Shown here: positions 1 to 10,100 of the stretch, in pieces
Layout: the number at the start of each line of letters is the position of its first letter
How positions within the stretch are numbered: position 1 is the stretch's first letter
NCBI GenBank assembly: GCA_963706955.1
Contig: CAVPOC010000005.1
Coordinates: forward strand, 120,477 to 184,476
Length of the DNA: 64,000 nt
Reading direction: 5' to 3'
Origin: an uncultured Verrucomicrobiae bacterium
GTDB lineage: Bacteria > Verrucomicrobiota > Verrucomicrobiia > Chthoniobacterales > Terrimicrobiaceae
Program-made: the position numbers and the translations under genes
Notes under the pieces: model-generated
What the model was told of the DNA's origin: nothing
The model's database searches: none
Seen by the model: only the letters and a program-made list of their open reading frames with translations

Positions 1-613
1 TTTCGGGATCGGTAGAACGAATCCGTCAACGTATTGTGCCATATTTTTCTCCTTTTGGTTTGTTACAGTGGAACACGCTCGATTAGGTCAAGCATGCGAA
101 TCTCGACAGGCGACTTCAATGAACGACACGATTTAGAATGTTTTCGACTCGGTGCGTGCCGGGACGCGAAGGCCTCCCTGCGTCGGCGTTTGCGGTGGGG
201 ATATTTGACCCAATGGCATGGTGTCATTCAACCCTCGCGCCCGTGAGGATGCGCTTCCCCTCGGCTGACAACGCCTTTTCGTGCCACCAAGACTCTTCCT
301 TGATGAAATCTGCGCGTCCCTCATTACCAATGCTTGTCCGAAGATACGACGAACCAAAAATGTCTGACAGGACATCGAACAGAGAAAAATCTCACAAGTT
401 CTACAAGGGGCTCGTCGACCGCTCTCGAATTCCTCTTCATTGGGCCGGCTGAGCGAGAAGCTCGGCCGACGTCTCGATGGCAGAACAGCCAATCAAGGAT
501 GATAACCTGTATGCCTGTCTTGAAAAGCGCATGCGAGGGAGGAATCTGCCTCGCGCCCGCAGGGCCAAGTTGAAGGAGCCCGTCGCGCAACCTGTAACAA
601 TAAAGACCACCCG

Positions 614-2656
614 GTGATCCCAGGAGCCCACTCACCTGGGGCGAGAATTTTTCTTGCCTCCTTTCTTGTACTTTTCCTTGAGATCGCGCTGATTCGCTGG
701 ATGCCAGCTTACATCCGGTTGCTCGCTTACTTTTCGAATTTTATCCTCCTGGCCAGCTTTCTCGGAATCGGGGTCGGCTGCCTGCTGGCGTCGTCACGAA
801 AACAGCTCTTCACACTGTTTCCACTAATCCAAGCGCTCGTCATCGCGATGGTTTACTTTTTCCGGCTCGAAGTAGCTGTCGCCCCGACCGGGAGCCTCTA
901 CTTCTCGAGCGGAACTGCCGAGCAGGTCGTGGCCGTGGAAAGCACATTGCTGCTGCCGGTGATATTTGTGGTCGTGGCGGCCCTGTTTACCACTCTCGCC
1001 CAGCGCATGGGAAAGGAGATGGGCACACTTCCGCCGCTCCGCGGATACACGCTAAATCTGCTCGGCAGCCTTACAGGTGTTGGACTCTTTGCGCTCATTT
1101 CCTGGTTGCAACTCTCGCCAACCTGGTGGTTCGCCATTGGCTTCGCCGCGGCAATTCCACTCCTGCTGACCTCCGAGCCGGGCACGGGCCACTCTGCGCC
1201 TAAGGGCGTCGCACTCACGACGAACATCATTCTCCTGCTCGCCGCGCTGTTTTGTGTTCATCTCCTCGCACGAGGCGCACGCTGGTCACCATACTACAAA
1301 ATTACCTTTGGACGAGCAGATGGGGACGCGGTGATAGAGGTGAACAACATTTTTCACCAATCAATGGCCCCGGTAGGCCAGAAAGAATACTTCTACCAAT
1401 GGCCCTACATGGCCTTTGGGGACACGTTTCAAAACGTTCTCGTCCTCGGCGCAGGCTCGGGAACGGATGTTGCCGCGGCCTTGAAACATGGCGCCATTCA
1501 TGTTGATGCCGTCGAGATTGATCCCGTAATTGTCCAGCTCGGGCGTGAATATCATCCTGATAGGCCCTATTCCGATCCTCGCGTTAACGTCATCATCGAC
1601 GACGCACGACATTTTCTCAGGACAACAACGAAGAAGTATGATCTGGTAGTTTTTGCCTTGATCGATTCGCTGACGCTGCAATCAAGCTTCTCCGGCGTCC
1701 GGCTGGAGAGTTATATGTTTACGGAGGAAGCCTTCCAAGCTGTCAAGAATCGCCTCGCCGCAGACGGGTTGCTGGTCGTCTACAACTACTTCCGCGAACC
1801 ATGGCTCGTCGATCGGCTGGCAAACATCTCGGCTGCGGCCTTTGGGCAGGAACCACGTGTGCACGTCCATGAAGCGCGTGCCTATCTTGGGGTCTTAATG
1901 GCTGGGCCGAGACTATCCAAGTTGACAAAGGATCCATCGATCCCGGTGCGCGTTACTGCGTATGGGCAGTCGCACGCACCAAGTCCGGCACGTATCCATA
2001 GACGCGATGCGACCATTGAACCGGCAAGTGACGATTGGCCGTTTCTTTACCTTCGTGACCGCCACATCCCCCAGCACTATCTTTCCGCATTGGGTCTCAT
2101 CCTGGCAGTATCTACGGTTGCCGTTTTCCTCGTTCTTCGGGGACATCCCGGGAGATGGGCATGGGACTTCTTCCTTCTCGGAGCTGGATTCATGCTCCTC
2201 GAGACCCGATCGATCACTCAGTTTGCGCTGTTGTGGGGATCAACGTGGGTAGTGGCATCGCTCGCCATTGCCTCTGTCCTGGCGATGGCGCTCGTGGCCA
2301 ACTTCATTGTCTCCAAAGTTGAGATCGTCAGATTATGGTTGGTCGGAGGTATTCTTTTCACCCTCCTGGCGGTGAACTTCTTGATTCCTGTCGGCTCAAT
2401 CAGCTTTGAGTCCCGTATCGTCGAATCGCTTTTCTACGCCGGCCTAATGTTTAGCCCGATCTTGTGTGCGGGACTGTTGTTTGGTTCTTCCGTTAAGCGA
2501 TCGACGGCGCTCGCTCGGGACTATGGCACCAATCTTCTCGGCGCGATGTTCGGCGGAGTCAGTGAATACCTCGCCTTAGTCACCGGCTTCGGCACACTAC
2601 TGTTCGCCATCGCACTTTGCTACGTCGGCGCCATTGTTGCCATGAAACGACACTAA
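614..2656 (+). CDS. Membrane protein with central spermidine-synthase-like (class I SAM/dcSAM-binding) domain
   Basis: 680 aa ORF. Hydrophobic N- and C-terminal helices flank VLVLGAGSGTD, VDAVEIDP, IDDARHFL and YDLVVF motifs. Confidence 0.85.
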   Translation: MIPGAHSPGARIFLASFLVLFLEIALIRWMPAYIRLLAYFSNFILLASFLGIGVGCLLASSRKQLFTLFPLIQALVIAMVYFFRLEVAVAPTGSLYFSSGTAEQVVAVESTLLLPVIFVVVAALFTTLAQRMGKEMGTLPPLRGYTLNLLGSLTGVGLFALISWLQLSPTWWFAIGFAAAIPLLLTSEPGTGHSAPKGVALTTNIILLLAALFCVHLLARGARWSPYYKITFGRADGDAVIEVNNIFHQSMAPVGQKEYFYQWPYMAFGDTFQNVLVLGAGSGTDVAAALKHGAIHVDAVEIDPVIVQLGREYHPDRPYSDPRVNVIIDDARHFLRTTTKKYDLVVFALIDSLTLQSSFSGVRLESYMFTEEAFQAVKNRLAADGLLVVYNYFREPWLVDRLANISAAAFGQEPRVHVHEARAYLGVLMAGPRLSKLTKDPSIPVRVTAYGQSHAPSPARIHRRDATIEPASDDWPFLYLRDRHIPQHYLSALGLILAVSTVAVFLVLRGHPGRWAWDFFLLGAGFMLLETRSITQFALLWGSTWVVASLAIASVLAMALVANFIVSKVEIVRLWLVGGILFTLLAVNFLIPVGSISFESRIVESLFYAGLMFSPILCAGLLFGSSVKRSTALARDYGTNLLGAMFGGVSEYLALVTGFGTLLFAIALCYVGAIVAMKRH

Positions 2657-2734
2657 GAGCTCGGCTGCCAGTTTCGACAAGGGGAGAGAATCCAGGCGAG
2701 CTCGTTCGCCGGATCGAATCTCCGCTGGACTAGT

Positions 2735-2863
2735 TTATCTCCAAGTGTAATCCCGAAAGAGTCGTCTGGCCGTTGCCCCTTTTGGGTCCTTGCTTGGCTT
2801 CAGGTCCTTGACTTGAATTGTGCTCTTTTCTTTCTTCGGCTGTTTGTTTGATTTGGCTTTCAT
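2735..2863 (-). CDS. Precursor peptide B6, 42 aa: MKAKSNKQPKKEKSTIQVKDLKPSKDPKGA-TARRLFRDYTWR
   Basis: Hand-translated and absent from the ORF track. Leader is homologous to the five upstream copies. Removing one T from the run at 2780-2783 would instead give KGQ plus a longer core. Confidence 0.75.
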   Translation of the reverse strand: MKAKSNKQPKKEKSTIQVKDLKPSKDPKGATARRLFRDYTWR

Positions 2864-3026
2864 TCTGGCGGTTTGATGGTGGCTTGAGGCCGTTAATAAA
2901 ATCCTGCTAACGAGAGGGACCGTGTGCTGAACTCCCGGTCGGAATAATTCGCCGATGTTCAGCTTAGCTCATCAGGTCCCGCAGGAACGGCTTAATGGGC
3001 CGACTTATCGAACTTAGGCAATAACG

Positions 3027-3185
3027 TTATGCGAAACCACCGCCGGCTCCAAGTCGGCGAAGAGGTCTACCAGGCATCTCCCGACCCCGTATTCCTTGCC
3101 CCTTCGAGTCCTTAGTTGGCTCCAGGTCCTTGAGTTGAACAGTGGGGTTAACCTTCTTGGGTTGTTTCGATGACATTTCTTTCAT
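3027..3185 (-). CDS. Precursor peptide B5, 52 aa: MKEMSSKQPKKVNPTVQLKDLEPTKDSKGQ-GIRGREMPGRPLRRLGAGGGFA
   Basis: Hand-translated: ATG 3185, TAA 3027-3029, conserved 30-aa leader. Confidence 0.85.
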   Translation of the reverse strand: MKEMSSKQPKKVNPTVQLKDLEPTKDSKGQGIRGREMPGRPLRRLGAGGGFA

Positions 3186-3229
3186 GTCGCTGGTGCGTTT
3201 GCGGCTTCTAAGACATCACTGCGCATGCC

Positions 3230-3382
3230 CTAGAATGCCAAAGGGCGAAGGGGTCCGGGACGACGCATGGGTAACTCCCGACCAGGTCGGAGTTGCCCCT
3301 TTGAATCCTTGGTAGGTTGAAGGTCTTTGAGTTCGACACCGGGTTTGTCTTTTTTGGACTGTTTCGTTGGTTTCTCTTTCAT
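3230..3382 (-). CDS. Precursor peptide B4, 50 aa: MKEKPTKQSKKDKPGVELKDLQPTKDSKGQ-LRPGRELPMRRPGPLRPLAF
   Basis: Hand-translated: ATG 3382, TAG 3230-3232, conserved leader. Confidence 0.85.
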   Translation of the reverse strand: MKEKPTKQSKKDKPGVELKDLQPTKDSKGQLRPGRELPMRRPGPLRPLAF

Positions 3383-3490
3383 GCTTGTGGTTCGTTCTGT
3401 TGTTGTTCTTGCGACTTAGCGCCAAAACACCGTTTGGCGCCTGCTTTCGCTTGTTCTTACAAAAGTTTGCTGAGTCGGACTTGATTCCTG
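3379..3490 (-). pseudogene. Decayed copy of small ORF A (NQVRLSKLL*...CFGAKSQEQQQNEPQA*)
   Basis: Similar to 4600-4707. Has an internal stop, and its terminal TGA overlaps the ATG of B4. Confidence 0.55.
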
Positions 3491-3624
3491 GGTGATGTCT
3501 TCGCCTGGAAGAGTGCACTAACAACCGCGACGTCCCGGTCGAGGATCCCCTTGCGAGCTCGGCGTCCGTCAGCAAATCGCGAGCGAGACAGAGGCGGCAA
3601 CGTTCAATAAGCGGGATCTCGACC

Positions 3625-3774
3625 TTACAACCGCGAAAGACCTCCGGGAATTCGAAGAATATCACGAGAAGCCATCAGTCGCTTTTGCCCTTGGGCATCT
3701 TTGATCGGCTTGAGGTCCTTAATTTGGACGCCGGGTTTTTCTTTTTTGGACTGGTTCGTCGATTTTTCTTTCAT
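3625..3774 (-). CDS. Precursor peptide B3, 49 aa: MKEKSTNQSKKEKPGVQIKDLKPIKDAQGQ-KRLMASRDILRIPGGLSRL
   Basis: Hand-translated: ATG 3774, TAA 3625-3627. Confidence 0.88.
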   Translation of the reverse strand: MKEKSTNQSKKEKPGVQIKDLKPIKDAQGQKRLMASRDILRIPGGLSRL

Positions 3775-4026
3775 GGTTGTGGTTTGTTCTACTGTTGTTC
3801 TCGCGATTTCAAACGACGCGAAGTTGTGTTGCCGAGCTTAGTGTCCCCCTTGGGTGTAGAATCGTGGAATCGATTTGACTTGCCGATGACCCTTCTCGTC
3901 CCGGCGGCCGATCCTCGGTTCGCCGAGGCGTGTTAACTAATAACGGCTACCGTTTAAAAAAATGGCCCCCAGACTCGCCCACTTCGTAGCGACATTGAAC
4001 GACTGACCGCTGAGTCGCGATCGACC

Positions 4027-4200
4027 TCAACGGCGCGGAAAGCGTTCTCCAGGAAGTTGAATTATATCTGGAGAAAGCATTCTCATATCTTGAGAAGGCA
4101 TCAGTCGCTTCTGTCCTTGGGCATCTTTGGTCGGCTTGAGGTCCTTGATTTGAACAGCGGGTTTGTCTTTCTTGGACTGCTTGGATGATTTCTCTTTCAT
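4027..4200 (-). CDS. Precursor peptide B2, 57 aa: MKEKSSKQSKKDKPAVQIKDLKPTKDAQGQ-KRLMPSQDMRMLSPDIIQLPGERFPRR
   Basis: Hand-translated: ATG 4200, TGA 4027-4029. Confidence 0.88.
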   Translation of the reverse strand: MKEKSSKQSKKDKPAVQIKDLKPTKDAQGQKRLMPSQDMRMLSPDIIQLPGERFPRR

Positions 4201-4313
4201 GCGTTTGGTTGGTTCTTTTTTGACTTCTGCGGCTTGGCTTCCAAAGTCGGTCCGGCGTGCGGCTTCACCTCGCTCTCGGGAGGAGATTCGTTGAGCCGAA
4301 TGTGTTTGGCCAA
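4197..4313 (-). CDS. Diverged copy of small ORF A (TTG start; LAKHIRLNESPPESEVKPHAGPTLEAKPQKSKKNQPNA), possibly a pseudogene
   Basis: IRL...AKPQ..KK..P pattern aligns with 4600-4707. ATGA overlap with B2. Confidence 0.5.
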   Translation of the reverse strand: MAKHIRLNESPPESEVKPHAGPTLEAKPQKSKKNQPNA

Positions 4314-4456
4314 TGAGCTTTTCTCTTCACGAAAGGCGTATAGGCACTAAGCTGTGGTCGTTAACGTAGCTGCGACTATGGATACGCGTTTGCAACTCGT
4401 CCACGCCGCCTCAACAGCAACGAATAGCCTTTAGGCGCGGTTCGACCTTTAACCCC

Positions 4457-4597
4457 TCAGAAGCCTCCAGGTCTCCGAAAAATCTCTTCAGAGGCCATCA
4501 TTCGCCTCTGCCCCTGAGCATCCTTGGTTGGCTTGAGGTCTTTGATTTGGACAGCTGGTTTATCTTTCTTGGACTGCTTGGATGATTTCTCTTTCAT
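4457..4597 (-). CDS. Precursor peptide B1, 46 aa: MKEKSSKQSKKDKPAVQIKDLKPTKDAQGQ-RRMMASEEIFRRPGGF
   Basis: Hand-translated: ATG 4597, TGA 4457-4459. The 30-aa leader is identical to B2 in protein but differs at several synonymous codons. Confidence 0.9.
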   Translation of the reverse strand: MKEKSSKQSKKDKPAVQIKDLKPTKDAQGQRRMMASEEIFRRPGGF

Positions 4598-4599
4598 GC

Positions 4600-4707
4600 T
4601 TACGGTTCACTCTTTTTTGGGTTTTGCGGCTTGGCACCAAACACCATTCGGCGGCCCGCTTTGGCGTCCTTCTTGGGTATGAGATCGTCGAGCCGAATCT
4701 GATTCAT
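4600..4707 (-). CDS. Small ORF A, 35 aa: MNQIRLDDLIPKKDAKAG-RRMVFGAKPQNPKKSEP
   Basis: C-terminal part of the 4600..4794 ORF. Carries the DLxPxKD motif of the B leaders and is the first ORF after the sigma54-type promoter. Confidence 0.7.
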   Translation of the reverse strand: MNQIRLDDLIPKKDAKAGRRMVFGAKPQNPKKSEP

Positions 4708-4790
4708 CGGCGACGTTTTCTCGGCGCGGGCAGGGGTCGAGCGATGCTTGGGCGGTTGATCACTCACGTTTAAGCCTCGGACGTCTAAGA

Positions 4791-4805
4791 TCAAATTTCA
4801 TGCCA
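4791..4805 (-). promoter_or_regulatory. Putative sigma54 (-24/-12) promoter for the peptide array
   Basis: Minus strand reads TGGCATGAAATTTGA versus consensus TGGCACG-N4-TTGC. It lies between the activator gene and the first peptide ORF. Confidence 0.65.
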
Positions 4806-4938
4806 CCTCGCGCGCGGACCCAGCAAAATAGGGAAAAGGCTAATTCCAAGGCGCTTAATCGAAGCACGCCTGCAAAGGACAAACGATTCTACTGGTAACG
4901 AATCAGCGCAGCCCTGCTTCGAAATAGCTCCGGTCGCT

Positions 4939-5923
4939 TTAGTTTGGAGCCAGGCCGCGCAGATGCCGCGCAAGTTTCCCTCTCGAAATCCGGAGGATCC
5001 GGGCAGTTTCGCGTTGGTTGCAATCCGACATCTCGTAGACGCGACGGACGTGCTCACGGATAATGGCGTCAAGAGCAAACTGGTTTGCAGCTTCCTCGTG
5101 CGCGGCAGTTCCCTTGGCACCATTTAGTGGTCGCTCCACTGCGAGATCGCGCTCAAACGAGACGTGCTTAGGGTGAACCACGTTGCCATCACAAAAGAGC
5201 GCAACGCTACGCATGGTATGGTAGAGTTCGCGTAGGTTTCCCGGCCAGGCATGATTCAGCAGCATCTCCATGGCCGCAGGATGAATGGATGTGATGCGAT
5301 TTCCCGATCTCAGCCGCTGCGGCCTCAAGTTCCATGGCGATCAAAGAGGGCAAATCTTCCTGGCGCTCGCACAGCGAAGGGATGAACAGCACGAGGCCAT
5401 CAAGGCGATGATAGAGATCCTCGCGAAATTTTCCCGCGGCAATACGCTCCCGCAGCGAGCAATTCGTTGCGGAGATGATGCGGACATTCGAACGGTGCAG
5501 GCGCTCACCTCCGACGCGCTCGAACTCGCCATACTCCACCGCGCGCAGGATCTTCGCTTGGGCAAGTGGGCTCATGTCCGCAATTTCATCGAGGAAAAGC
5601 GTGCCGGTGTGAGCCGTCTCAAACTTTCCTCGATGCACCTGCATTGCTCCGGTGAACGCGCCGCGTTCGTGGCCGAAAAGCTCGCTTTCGAGCAGCGTGT
5701 CACTCATTGAGGATGCGTTGAAGGAAACAAATGGTCCGTGCGCTCGCGCCGAAGAATTGTGAATAGCATGCGCCAGCAGGGTCTTGCCCGTTCCGGTCCG
5801 GCCGAGAATGAGCACCGGAGCGTCGCTTTTGGCAGCAAAGGATGCCAGTTGGAGACACCGTCGCATGACGGGATTACGCGAAGTGAGTTCCTCCAAACGC
5901 AGATCGGTAATGGTCCGCATCAT
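4939..5923 (-). CDS. Sigma54-dependent activator (AAA+ plus Fis HTH) without N-terminal sensory domain; +1 frameshift near 5300
   Basis: GRTGTGKT, ESELFGHERGAFTGA, LFLDEI and FREDLYHRL in 5207..5974. WPGNLREL and the HTH NQRETARILRISR are in the overlapping 4939..5328 frame. Confidence 0.88.
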
Positions 5924-5927
5924 GAGG

Positions 5928-7115
5928 TCACGGTTGAAGATTCTCCCGCAGCTGGCGGATCGGCTCAAAGGCATGCTCGATCAAAGTGCGACTGCCGACG
6001 GTGACACGCGCCTCACCCTGCATGCCAACTCGCAAAGGGCGCTCTTCGCTTTTCACGCGAATGAAGGGCCGATCGAGCGACGCCGCGGCGGTGAACTGTC
6101 GGCTGCGCTCGGAGGCAACAGCCGCGGCGCTGATCCATTTTAGCTCGCCTGTCACCGTGCCGTAACGCTGATACGGAAATGCATCGAAGAACAATCTGAC
6201 ATGCTGCCCGATGGTCAGCCGCGCGAGGCCAGATTCACGAACGACCAAGCGGGCGTATGGGATGGCATCGATCGGGGCAAGTTGGCAAAGTTCCGCCCCC
6301 GCTGGCACGACGCTGCCCGCGTTTCGCTGGGCAAGCGAGATGACCACCGCATCATAGGGTGCGCGGATCGACAGGAGGTCGTTGCGCGTGCCAAGGAGAT
6401 CGCGTTGCAGAGCATCGATCTGCAACTTGAGTTTCTGCACATCCGCGATCTCCTCAGTTCGACGACGCGCCCGCTCGGTATCGAGCTTGCTGCGTTCGAG
6501 TTTCAGTGCCTCCAAGGATCTTCCGGCCACATGGAAATCTTTCTCGGATTCAGCGAGGTCCAACTGCACGCGTGTCAATTCGAGGTGCGAGACGCCGCCC
6601 ATCCGCGCGAGTCTGTCGAGCCGCTCCACCAAGTCGCGACTCGTTGCGGTATGTGTCCCGCGAAACTCCAGCTCGCGTTCGAACTGAGCGATCTCCTCGC
6701 TTTTGATTCTTCGCTGGGCGATATGGGCCGCCTCCATTTTGACGATCGTGTCCTCTTGGGTTCGGAGGTCCTGTGTCAACGTCTGAAGCTGCGTATGTTT
6801 CGCGCGAACCTCATCGGAGCGGAGGACGAAGAGTTCCGCGCCGGCGGCGACCTCTTGCGCCTCGACAACGCGAACGTCGCTGACGACACCGTGATAGGGC
6901 GCTTGGATCGGATCGGCACCATGTCTTGGCGCGAGCACAAATTGACAGCGCACCGTCTCCGGAACCTGAACGACAAGGGCCGCGATGAGCGCAACAACGA
7001 AGATTAGTGCCAATAGCCACGCCGTGCCCGAGACGATCAAAGGCGGTGGCTCGACCGGAAGCATTTCAGCCTGCTCATCTGACTCGCGTTTGCTCTGCGG
7101 GAGGGTCGAATTCAT
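5928..7115 (-). CDS. HlyD-family membrane fusion/adaptor protein
   Basis: N-terminal TM helix, coiled-coil middle, IRAPYDAVV, DAFPYQRYGTVTG and LRVGMQGEARV motifs. Confidence 0.92.
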   Translation of the reverse strand: MNSTLPQSKRESDEQAEMLPVEPPPLIVSGTAWLLALIFVVALIAALVVQVPETVRCQFVLAPRHGADPIQAPYHGVVSDVRVVEAQEVAAGAELFVLRSDEVRAKHTQLQTLTQDLRTQEDTIVKMEAAHIAQRRIKSEEIAQFERELEFRGTHTATSRDLVERLDRLARMGGVSHLELTRVQLDLAESEKDFHVAGRSLEALKLERSKLDTERARRRTEEIADVQKLKLQIDALQRDLLGTRNDLLSIRAPYDAVVISLAQRNAGSVVPAGAELCQLAPIDAIPYARLVVRESGLARLTIGQHVRLFFDAFPYQRYGTVTGELKWISAAAVASERSRQFTAAASLDRPFIRVKSEERPLRVGMQGEARVTVGSRTLIEHAFEPIRQLRENLQP

Positions 7116-7124
7116 GAGCAAAAT

Positions 7125-10100
7125 TCAGATACCCAACTGTTGGCTGGAGAGATGGAAATAGAGACCGCGCCTTGCCATGAGCCCATCGTGTGTGCCGGTC
7201 TCGACAATTTCGCCTTTCTCCAAGACGACGATCATATCGGCCTCGCGAATGGTGCTCAGGCGATGGGCGATGACAATGCAGGTCCGCCCAACCATCATGC
7301 GACTGAGATTGTCCTGGATCGCGCGTTCGGATTCGGTATCAAGCGCGCTGGTCGCCTCGTCGAAAATGAGAATTGGTGGGTCTGTATAGAGTGCGCGCGC
7401 GATGGCGACGCGTTGTTTCTGTCCGCCGGATAGGGCGATGCCAGTCTCACCGATGCTCGTCTCGTAGCCCATGGGCATCCGCATGATGAAGTCGTGAGCA
7501 TTGGCGACCTGGGCACACCAAAGGACGCGGTCGAAGTCCGGCTCGGGGTCGCCGAAGGCGATGTTGCGGGAGATGCTTTCACTAAAAATATGATTATCCT
7601 GGAGAACGATTCCGATTTGCCGGCGCACATCACGAAAGTTGAGCTCCTTGAGGTCCCGCCGGTCGAAGAGGATCGTCCCTGTGGTGGGCTCGATTAAACT
7701 AGCGAGCAGCTTTACGAGCGTAGTCTTCCCGCTGCCACTCCGGCCGACGATCGCGACGATCTTGCCGGGAACAAACTCGATGCTAATGCCTTTTAAGATG
7801 TCAGGCGCCTCGGGGCCGCCATATTTAAAGCCAACGCCGCGCAATTCGATATGTCCTTCCAAAGAATGCACAGGGATGAGGCGCGCGCGATCGCTCCCCT
7901 GCTCCGGCTCCGGCTCGAAGATGTCGTTAAGACGATCGAGAAGCACAGCGATCCATTGCCACTGATCCCAGATGCCAAGTGTCCGTAAAATGGCCGCATA
8001 CGCCATCGCGGTCAGCGAACTGAAGGCCACAAATGCGCCCACTGTAAGTTGTCCCTCCATGACCTTACTGGCGCCCACCCACAGGAAAAGCGCCGTTGAG
8101 AGCAATCCAATTGTTTGAATCACTCCGTCATAGGACATGAGAATGAAGTTCGAACGAAACATCTTTCGCAAGACGCTTAGATATTCGTTGAGCATCGAAT
8201 TGCGAAAGCTGAGCTCGGCGGCGGACGCCTTGACGGCTTCAATTCCTTTGATGGCGTCAATTTGTTGCGAGGCGTACTTTCCCTGACTCTCCTCAATGTC
8301 AAAGAAGAGCGGGCGCAGCACTTTGGCCGACCAGATCATCAGGAGCGTGTAAAGAGGCATCGTGATCATGAAGACGCCGGCTAGAGCCGGGCTGTAGACC
8401 AGCATCATGCCAAGCGCGCCAGCAAGCGTGATGATGGAGAAAAGACCGCCAATGCCATGCTCGACTGCGAAAAGTCTTATTTCCCGTGCGCCATTGAGGC
8501 GACGTTGGATGTCGCCGGTCCGTCGACTGTGAAAATATGACATCGGCAGGGAAAGCAGCTGACGAGTGAGAAAGTCGAGTAGAGTCGCGTCTATCCGGAC
8601 CGCCGCGAAGCTGAGGAAATATTGCTGGAGAAGGTTGGCAAGCTGGGTGAAGACGATGGCTGCTCCCATCCCGATCAAAACCACATGGAGGAGATCGGCG
8701 TTGTTTTCGACGACCACCCGATCCAAGACAATCTGCGTGAAGACTGGGAAGAGAAGCTGCAAAAAGGTGACGATGCCCGCGAGGATTAGCGCCTGCAGGA
8801 GGATCATTCGGTGCTGCCGGAACAGGGGTGCGAAACGTCTTACGGTTGATTGTGCTTCCGGAGCCTGTGCGAATGCCTCGGTATAGTCGAACAGGGCGGT
8901 GTAACCCGACCACTTGGCGGCGAATTCCGAGCGAGAGATGCGCCGAAGACCCGCCGCAGGATCAGCCACTCTCACATACGAAGGCGTCACATCGTAGAGG
9001 ACCATCCAGTGGTTCCCTTCCCAATGGACGATCGCCGGCATCGGAAGGTTCGGAAGATTCCGTGGGGAAACCTTGAGCATGCGGGCGGCAAGCCCCAGTT
9101 CGCCGGCTGCATGGCAGATTGCCTTCAGGCTGGTGCCGTCCCGTGACGTGTGGCAAAGCTCGCGGATACGCGAAAGACTTACCTTGCGACCGAAGTGCCG
9201 GCAAATCATTGCCAGGCTGGCTGCACCACAGTCCATCTCGTCGATCTGCTGCACATGCGGTATGCGGCGGATGCGTCTCTTGTCGCGGGGACGGAACAGG
9301 CCTTCCCTGTCGTCTGAGGGCTCCGGCTGCTCCTCATCCAACGCAACCTTGTCCTGCACCCGCGTCTCAGCCGGAAGCAGCTCTTCCGCAAAATCAAGCG
9401 GAACACGCGCAACGACATCGGCTTGATACTGCGCAAGACGTTCCTCAAGTAATTTGCGAAACTCGGGAAACTGTTCTTTCATCTCGCGCACACTTTCGGG
9501 CTGCAGCGCGAGCAGGCGGCAATCCGCGACTGCTTCGACCGAGGCGGCACGTTGTGACCCATTCAAAATGGAGAGCTCACCGAAAAAGTCGCCGTCTCTG
9601 TAAAAAGCCACATTCTTCTGACGGCCGTTCGATTGCGTGAAAATTCGAACTCGCCCCGACTCGATGACGAAGAGAGGTCCGGCAGGATCGCCCTCACGAA
9701 GGATGGTCGCGCCGCGCGCATAAGCGACCGGCGTCATCTTCTCGACCAGTGTCCTGAGAGCGCGTTCTGGAAGTCGCCCGAAGTTGCTAAACTCATGCAG
9801 AAAGCCATGCAAAGTGCGATGCCGCGAGGTCAGCTCGACCGCGGTCTTCAAGTCGGGATGCTCAGTCAACAATGAGAGAAAGTCGGCCCGGTTGAGCCGG
9901 AGAGCGTCCACCGCAGTACTGCACCGGACAGTGGCATTTCGGCAACCGCCCGCGATGAGGGCCTGTTCGCCAAACTGGTCGCCCGGGCGAAGAACGGCCA
10001 AGGCAACCTCTTGACCCTCCTTGATCTCCTTGACGACGCGAGCCCGGCCGTTGACGAGGATGTAACAGGCATCCGCTTCGTCTCCTTCTCTGACGATCAC

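Noticed and set aside
34..613. Several short overlapping ORFs at the window start
   Set aside because: No recognisable motifs and no preferred frame.
2735..4707. CRISPR array or non-coding tandem repeat
   Set aside because: Units are ~90-bp degenerate coding leaders with synonymous variation, spaced 200-430 bp apart. No cas genes are present.
3216..4773. Track ORFs 3216..3665, 3685..3936 and 4582..4773
   Set aside because: They are off-frame or antisense shadows of the peptide array; the conserved frame is the MKEK... frame.
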